Part shown: piece by piece, positions 58,695 to 64,000 of the stretch
Position numbering within the stretch: position 1 is the stretch's first letter
How the letters are laid out: each line of letters starts with the position of its first letter
Assembly (NCBI GenBank): GCA_964504305.1
Contig: CAZDEB010000003.1
Location: 87,213-151,212 of the forward strand
Origin: an uncultured Candidatus Nemicrothrix sp.
GTDB lineage: Bacteria > Actinomycetota > Acidimicrobiia > Acidimicrobiales > Aldehydirespiratoraceae
Length of the DNA: 64,000 nt
Direction: 5' to 3'
Position numbers and translations under genes: made by a program
The notes under the pieces: generated by a model
The model's input: only the letters and a program-made list of their open reading frames with translations
Database searches by the model: none
What the model was told of the DNA's origin: nothing

Positions 58695-60680
58695 ATGTCC
58701 ATGGGGAAAGCCACCACCGAGAGCTCGTCGCTCTGGTCGCGCCTCGAACCGTTGTTACCGCAGGTGCAAAAACCGGCCCGCTACATCGGTTGTGAAGACG
58801 GCGCGCAGACGCCAACTCACGGCGACGGTGTTGTCTCGTGGTTGCTTACATACCCCGACACCTACGAAATCGGCCTGCCCAACCAGGGCCTCCAGATTCT
58901 TTACGAGATCCTCAACGAGCGACCCGATGCCGCCGCTGAGCGGTCTTATGCGCCTTGGACCGATCTCGAAGCCCTGTTGCGCCGCGAACGCATCCCGTTG
59001 TTCTCGGTCGACACCCACCGCGCCGCATCCTTGTTCGACATCCTCGCTTTTAATCTCAGCGCCGAACTCACGTATACCAACCTGATCAACTGCATCGACC
59101 TCGCCGGGGTGCCGATACACGCCGCTCGCCGAGGCGACTCGGATCCGCTCATCGCGGTGGGGGGCCACTGCACCTACAACCCCGAGCCGATTGCCGACTT
59201 TGTCGACTTTGTTGTACTCGGCGACGGCGAAGAGGCCGTAAGCGAAATCACCGAAGTTGTCCGAGAATGGAAACGAGCGGGCAAGAACTCGGGGACACGC
59301 GAAGGGCTGCTGCGCGAACTCTCCAAGCTGGCTGGCGTGTACGTGCCATCGATGTACGAAGTCGAGTACGACGGCCCGCGCCTGGCCGCGGTGTCGCCGC
59401 GCTACAGCGATGTTCCGGCCACCATCGAGAAACGCACCGTTGCCGATCTTGCCGACTGGCCCTACCCCAAAAACCAGCTCGTGCCGCTCACCGAAGTCGT
59501 GCACGACCGACTAGCGGTCGAAGTGTTTCGTGGCTGCACCCGAGGCTGCCGATTCTGTCAGGCCGGCATGATCACCCGACCAGTGCGCGAACGGCCCGCC
59601 GAGCAAGTTCGCGACATGATCTCTCAAGGTCTGCGACGCACCGGTTACGACGAGGTTTCTCTTACCTCGCTATCCACCGCCGACTTTTCGGGCATACAGC
59701 AAGTTGTTGCCGACACTGTTACCGATGCGGGCTGTGACCAGGTTTCGGTCGCTCTCCCAAGCCTTCGAGTCGACGCGTTTACGGTGGGCATCGCCGCCGA
59801 ATTGCAGCGCGCCCGTCGCACCGGGCTCACGTTCGCGCCCGAGGCCGGTTCTTGGCGGTTGCGTCAAGTGATCAACAAGCTGATTCGTGAAGAAGACCTG
59901 TACGGAGCGGTCGAGAGCGCCTACTCCCAAGGGTGGCGGCGCATGAAGCTCTACTTCCTCACCGGTCTCCCAACCGAAACCGACGAGGACACCCTGGGTA
60001 TTGCCGAACTGGCCCGCAACTGCGTCGAGTTGGGTCGCGCTCACCACAAGTCTCCCTCCGTCACTGTTTCGGTCGGCGGCTTTGTACCCAAGCCCTTCAC
60101 CCCGTTTCAGTGGTTTGGCCAAAATACCGAAGTCGAACTTCGTCGCAAGATCGAACTTCTCAAATCAGATCTCCGCGGGACCAAAGGAGTGCAGCTCAAG
60201 TGGCACGACACCCGCGCGACGCTCGCCGAAGGCATCACTAGCCGCGGCGACCGTCGACTTGGTCCCGTGATCGAGTACGTGTGGCGCCATGGCGGCACGT
60301 TCCAAGAGTGGTCCGAGCATTTCAGCATCGATCTTTGGCTGGAAGCAATGGCTGCGAACGACCTCGACGTCGACTGGTACGTGCACCGGCATCGCACCGA
60401 AGACGAGGTGCTCCCTTGGGACCACCTCTCCGCTGGCCTTCACAAAGATTTCTTGTGGCAGGACTGGCGAGACTCCCTCGAGGAACTTGGTCTCGAGGAT
60501 TGCCGATGGACACCGTGCTACGACTGCGGCGCGTGTACCGGCTACGGAATCGAACACGTGGTGGCTTCGGCCACCCCTCCCGCGGGCGGCAGCCAAGGCA
60601 CGGGCCTTGACTTGTCGGCGGGCGGATCGATTCCGGTTGTGTTGCAAAGCAGGCGACCCGTCGGGGCGGCCCGCGAATGA
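58695..60680 (+). CDS. B12-binding-domain radical SAM protein (TIGR03960-like, function unknown)
   Basis: CxxxCxxC cluster motif RGCTRGCRFCQAG; ~660 aa. Confidence 0.88.
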   Translation: MSMGKATTESSSLWSRLEPLLPQVQKPARYIGCEDGAQTPTHGDGVVSWLLTYPDTYEIGLPNQGLQILYEILNERPDAAAERSYAPWTDLEALLRRERIPLFSVDTHRAASLFDILAFNLSAELTYTNLINCIDLAGVPIHAARRGDSDPLIAVGGHCTYNPEPIADFVDFVVLGDGEEAVSEITEVVREWKRAGKNSGTREGLLRELSKLAGVYVPSMYEVEYDGPRLAAVSPRYSDVPATIEKRTVADLADWPYPKNQLVPLTEVVHDRLAVEVFRGCTRGCRFCQAGMITRPVRERPAEQVRDMISQGLRRTGYDEVSLTSLSTADFSGIQQVVADTVTDAGCDQVSVALPSLRVDAFTVGIAAELQRARRTGLTFAPEAGSWRLRQVINKLIREEDLYGAVESAYSQGWRRMKLYFLTGLPTETDEDTLGIAELARNCVELGRAHHKSPSVTVSVGGFVPKPFTPFQWFGQNTEVELRRKIELLKSDLRGTKGVQLKWHDTRATLAEGITSRGDRRLGPVIEYVWRHGGTFQEWSEHFSIDLWLEAMAANDLDVDWYVHRHRTEDEVLPWDHLSAGLHKDFLWQDWRDSLEELGLEDCRWTPCYDCGACTGYGIEHVVASATPPAGGSQGTGLDLSAGGSIPVVLQSRRPVGAARE

Positions 60681-61408
60681 AGCTACGAGTTCAGTTCAGC
60701 AAGCTCGGAAAGGTCCGTTTCACTTCGCATCGCGATGTGGCTCGCATCTGGGAACGAGCGTTGCGGCGAGCTCAGCTTCCCGTCGCATATAGCGAAGGGT
60801 TTTCGCCCCGTCCCAAACTTTCTTTCGGGCTGGCCTTGCCTACTGGTCACGAGTCGCTCACCGAGTACCTCGACATCGATCTCGACTCTGAGAGAGCCGA
60901 ATCGGTTGACGTCGCGGCTCTCCCTGGGCTGCTTTCGGCCGAACTCCCGGTAGGTATCACCGCGACCGAGGTCGTCGCTGTCGACGCACGGACGCTGTCG
61001 CTGCAACAGGCAGTCACAAGTTGTACATGGCAGATCGATGTGCGAGATATCGATGCCCAAACCGCACAGAGCGCCGTACACGCCGCCCTGGCGGCCGAAA
61101 GCATCGTTGTCACGCGCGAACGTAAGGGCAAGATGGTCACTGATGACATCCGGCCTCTTGTGTTCAGCGCGGCAGTCGATACGCCGAATGAACAAGTAGG
61201 CCCCGATCAGGGGTGTGTGAGGCTGTTGGCCGAACTCGGAACTCAACCGCGTGCGGTTCGGGTTTCGGAGCTCTTGGCCGCCCTCGAACCAGCACCCACC
61301 GAGCACAAGGTCCTTCGACTTCACCAATGGGTTACTTCCGACGATGGCCAGCGCACCGACCCAATGTCACTGGGCGCGCCATCTCCTGCACCAGCGAGAG
61401 TTTCATGA
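60677..61408 (+). CDS. radical-SAM-linked protein (DUF2344 / TIGR03936-like)
   Basis: MKLRVQFSKLGKVRFTSHRDVARIWERALRRAQLPVAYSEGFSPRPKLSF matches my recollection of this family. ATGA overlap with the radical SAM gene. Confidence 0.8.
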   Translation: MKLRVQFSKLGKVRFTSHRDVARIWERALRRAQLPVAYSEGFSPRPKLSFGLALPTGHESLTEYLDIDLDSERAESVDVAALPGLLSAELPVGITATEVVAVDARTLSLQQAVTSCTWQIDVRDIDAQTAQSAVHAALAAESIVVTRERKGKMVTDDIRPLVFSAAVDTPNEQVGPDQGCVRLLAELGTQPRAVRVSELLAALEPAPTEHKVLRLHQWVTSDDGQRTDPMSLGAPSPAPARVS

Positions 61409-61447
61409 TTGATCTCTTAGCGGTGCCCAATACGAAAGACGATAATC

Positions 61448-63217
61448 ATGGCCGACGAACAGGCCCAGAAACCAGATCGCGGGCGAGACGACCGCTCCGC
61501 TGCGAACGACTCCAAACCGTCAGTCGGCGATAGCCGTCCGGCTCCAAAGATTGGCGATAGTCGCCCTGGCCCCGCCGGTGGACCGAGCGACGCGTCGGGT
61601 TCACCCTCCGGCGGTGCCGAAGGTCAGCCCAAGAAGCGCCGCCGCCGGCGCGGTGGCCGAGGCCGTGGAGGACAAGGCGGGGGCCAACAATCCGGCTCGA
61701 GCCAAGGCGGCTCGCAACCCAATGGCCAAAAGACCGGTTCTCAAAAAGCCGGTTCTCAAAAAGCCAGCTCTCAAAAAGGCAGTTCTCAAAAGGCCAGTGG
61801 CCAGCGCAACCGGGGCGGCAAGGGCGGCGGTGGTCGGCCTCCGACTCCTATTGAGGCCATCACTACCGACGAGGCAGTAGAGCTCGACGAAAAGACGCTC
61901 AAGCGTCGCCGCGGGCGGACCCGCAAGGGCAAGGCGGTTGGTCGGTACCTGATGTGTGTGCACGTTGGTCCGGACGCAACCCAGATCGCAACTCTCGAAG
62001 GCCGCAAGCTCGTTGAGCACCAGGTGTCGCGCCCGGCCGACGATGTGAGCCAGATCCACGGCAATATCTACATCGGGCGGGTACAGAACGTGCTGCCAGG
62101 GATGGAGGCCGCGTTCGTAGACATAGCGACGCCCAAGAACGCCGTGCTCTACGCCGGTGATGTTCAATACGATGCCGACGACCTTGACGGCGGCAAGAAG
62201 AAGAACAGCAAGCCTCCTCGGATCGAAGACATTCTCAAAGCTAAACAGGCCATTGTCTGCCAGGTCACCAAGAATCCAATTGCTCACAAAGGGGCCAGGC
62301 TCACCCAAGAGGTTTCGTTGCCGGGACGATTTGTGGTGCTGGTGCCCAACAGCAGCACCTACGGAATCTCCAAACGGCTGCCGGACGGAGAACGCAAGCG
62401 GCTGCGCGGCATCCTCGACAAGGCCAAGCCGCAACAACATGGCGTGATCGTGCGTACCGCGGCCGAAAACGTCACGGCCGAAGAGATCCAGCGCGACGTT
62501 GCCCGGCTCGTGGCGCAGTGGACCGATATCGAGAATCTGGCCAAGAAGACCAAAGCGCCGGCGCTGCTATATCGAGAGCCAGAGGCCGCGGTGAGGATTA
62601 TCCGAGAGGAGTTCACAAAAGACTTCCGGGGCATCATCATTGACGATCGAGATCTCTACGAAGAGATCCGGGCCTACGTAGCCAGCATCACACCGGCTCT
62701 AGCCGAGCGGGTCGAGTTCTATGACGAGCAAGCCGAAGGGCTGCCGCTGCTCGAACGTCAACACATCCACGAGCAGCTGCACAAGGCTCTTGATCGCAAG
62801 GTCTGGTTGCGTTCGGGCGGGTCGCTCATTATCGAAGGGACCGAAGCTCTTACGGTAATCGATGTCAACACTGGCAAAAATGTTGGTAAGTCGAGCCTGG
62901 AAGAAACGGTCTTTCGCAACAATCTCGAAGCCGCCGAAGAGGTTGCTCATCAGCTCCGACTTCGCGATATCGGTGGCATAATCGTGATCGACTTTGTCGA
63001 TATGGAGATTGCCAAGAACCGTGACGAAGTGATCCGGACTTTCCGTAATGCATTGGCTCGGGACAAGACCCGAACCCAGGTGTTCGATATCTCCGATCTC
63101 GGGCTGGTCGAGATGACCCGCAAACGAATTGGTGAGGGTTTGCTCGAATCGGTAACCGACTTGTGTCCAACTTGTGAGGGGCGCGGCCACGTCATGATCG
63201 AGTCGGTTTTCGACTAG
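61448..63217 (+). CDS. rne: ribonuclease E/G family endoribonuclease with low-complexity N-terminal extension
   Basis: S1 domain (IYIGRVQNVLPGMEAAFVDI) and catalytic core (VIDVNTGK...GGIIVIDFVDM). The Arg/Gly/Ser/Gln/Lys-rich first ~130 aa are low complexity. Confidence 0.9.
   Translation: MADEQAQKPDRGRDDRSAANDSKPSVGDSRPAPKIGDSRPGPAGGPSDASGSPSGGAEGQPKKRRRRRGGRGRGGQGGGQQSGSSQGGSQPNGQKTGSQKAGSQKASSQKGSSQKASGQRNRGGKGGGGRPPTPIEAITTDEAVELDEKTLKRRRGRTRKGKAVGRYLMCVHVGPDATQIATLEGRKLVEHQVSRPADDVSQIHGNIYIGRVQNVLPGMEAAFVDIATPKNAVLYAGDVQYDADDLDGGKKKNSKPPRIEDILKAKQAIVCQVTKNPIAHKGARLTQEVSLPGRFVVLVPNSSTYGISKRLPDGERKRLRGILDKAKPQQHGVIVRTAAENVTAEEIQRDVARLVAQWTDIENLAKKTKAPALLYREPEAAVRIIREEFTKDFRGIIIDDRDLYEEIRAYVASITPALAERVEFYDEQAEGLPLLERQHIHEQLHKALDRKVWLRSGGSLIIEGTEALTVIDVNTGKNVGKSSLEETVFRNNLEAAEEVAHQLRLRDIGGIIVIDFVDMEIAKNRDEVIRTFRNALARDKTRTQVFDISDLGLVEMTRKRIGEGLLESVTDLCPTCEGRGHVMIESVFD
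61736..61795 (+). repeat. four tandem 15-nt units (ggttctcaaaaagcc consensus) encoding (G/S)SQK(A/G) pentapeptides
   Basis: Copies at 61736, 61751 (identical to the first), 61766 (3 mismatches) and 61781 (2 mismatches). A degenerate copy lies upstream at 61724. Confidence 0.9.
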
Positions 63218-63264
63218 TGAGTTAGAGCGCTAATGCGCCTTGGCGCCGCTACGATAGACGCTCT

Positions 63265-63573
63265 ATGTACGCAGTAGTAAAGACCGGCGGCAAACAGTAC
63301 CGCGTGGAAGAGGGCCAGACCCTCGAGGTCGACCGTACCGGCGAGCCCGGTGCCGAAATCTCCCTTCCCCCGCTTCTGGTTGTCGACGGTGAGACCGTCC
63401 TCGCCACTCCGGACCAGCTTTCCAAAGCTTCGGTCACGGCTCGTGTTGTCGAGGAGACCAAGGGCCCGAAGATCAACGGGTTCGTTTATAAGAACAAGTC
63501 GAATAACCGGAAACGATGGGGCCACCGCGCGGCGCTGACCCGTATCGAGATCACCGGTATCAAGAAGGGCTGA
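63265..63573 (+). CDS. rplU: 50S ribosomal protein L21
   Basis: MYAVVKTGGKQYRVEEGQ... is canonical. Confidence 0.97.
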   Translation: MYAVVKTGGKQYRVEEGQTLEVDRTGEPGAEISLPPLLVVDGETVLATPDQLSKASVTARVVEETKGPKINGFVYKNKSNNRKRWGHRAALTRIEITGIKKG

Positions 63574-63579
63574 TTCCAC

Positions 63580-63831
63580 ATGTCAAAGACAAAAGGTGGC
63601 GGTTCTACCCGTAACGGCCGCGATTCGAACTCCCAGCGCCTCGGCGTCAAGGTGTACGACGGCGGCGTTGTCAACTCTGGTGCCATCATCGTGCGCCAGC
63701 GTGGCACCCGGATTCATCCCGGCGAGAATGTCATGAAGGGTGGCGACGACACTTTGTTTGCTACCTCCGCCGGCAAAGTCAAGTTCGGTAGCCGCAAGGG
63801 CCGCAAGCTCGTCGACGTGCTTCCCAACTAG
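63580..63831 (+). CDS. rpmA: 50S ribosomal protein L27
   Basis: [22 protein letters not shown]... is canonical. Confidence 0.97.
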   Translation: MSKTKGGGSTRNGRDSNSQRLGVKVYDGGVVNSGAIIVRQRGTRIHPGENVMKGGDDTLFATSAGKVKFGSRKGRKLVDVLPN

Positions 63832-63863
63832 TCACGCTCTATCCGAGCCAAGTTTTTCGAGTG

Positions 63864-63896
63864 AGCTCTCGCTGCGGCGAGGGCTTTTCTCGTTTT
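63864..63896 (+). terminator. intrinsic terminator-like hairpin after rpmA
   Basis: AGCTCTCGC-TGCG-GCGAGGGCT (9 bp, one G:U) followed by TTTCTCGTTTTCG. It sits between convergent genes. Confidence 0.55.
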
Positions 63897-63908
63897 CGAA
63901 CGAGGTCC

Positions 63909-64000
63909 TCAGCCGGGGGAGTCGATGCCTCGGGGCAGGCCAGCGGGGTCGAAACCCAACCATTCCTGAGCGGCGTGGATCGCGTAGCGATCGGTCATCC
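63909..64000 (-). CDS. possible 3' end of a minus-strand gene truncated by the window edge
   Basis: An open frame ends at TGA 63909-63911 (..DRYAIHAAQEWLGFDPAGLPRGIDSPG*). It is too short to assess. Confidence 0.2.
   Translation of the reverse strand, partial: MTDRYAIHAAQEWLGFDPAGLPRGIDSPG

Overview
High-GC, densely coding bacterial chromosome segment: about 66 protein genes, one tmRNA and one tRNA-Gly. I saw no rRNA, CRISPR array, transposase or integrase. Local synteny points to Actinomycetota: DUF3499 / manB / Trm112 / SIS / manA / ahcY; comF-hpf-response regulator-secA-prfB-ftsEX; smpB + ssrA; tRNA-Gly / tig-clpP-clpX-folC; ndk-mreBCD-mrdA-rodA; radical-SAM pair-rne-rplU-rpmA. An F420-type LLM oxidoreductase and a DinB/mycothiol-type protein fit this. 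An Acidimicrobiia-like organism is a reasonable guess because mreBCD is present; this is inference only. Most of the window is housekeeping. The accessory-looking content is: (1) a complete, translationally coupled monoderm-type Tad/Flp pilus operon (38871..45518, minus strand) whose in-locus pilin lacks the canonical Glu5/Tyr6; (2) about 6 kb away, between folC and ndk, a 251-aa ORF with a textbook Flp/TadE-class G|XXXXEY prepilin signal fused to a Thr/Ala-rich linker and a beta-sandwich-like domain, which is my top candidate for something undescribed; (3) a Gtr-like periplasmic glycosylation module (962-aa polytopic GT-C-like protein plus a GtrA-GT2 fusion) inserted into the conserved mannose-activation cluster; (4) a secreted spondin-like lipoprotein with internally duplicated, strongly constrained motifs and a Met/Asp repeat; (5) a cytochrome P450 wedged between ssrA and smpB; (6) the function-unknown radical-SAM + DUF2344 pair upstream of RNase E. 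Family assignments rest on motifs read by eye and remembered family signatures, since no searches were possible. Many listed ORFs are antisense or shadow ORFs typical of high-GC DNA and were discarded. Several listed starts were moved to in-frame starts supported by ATGA/GTGA overlaps or Shine-Dalgarno sequences.
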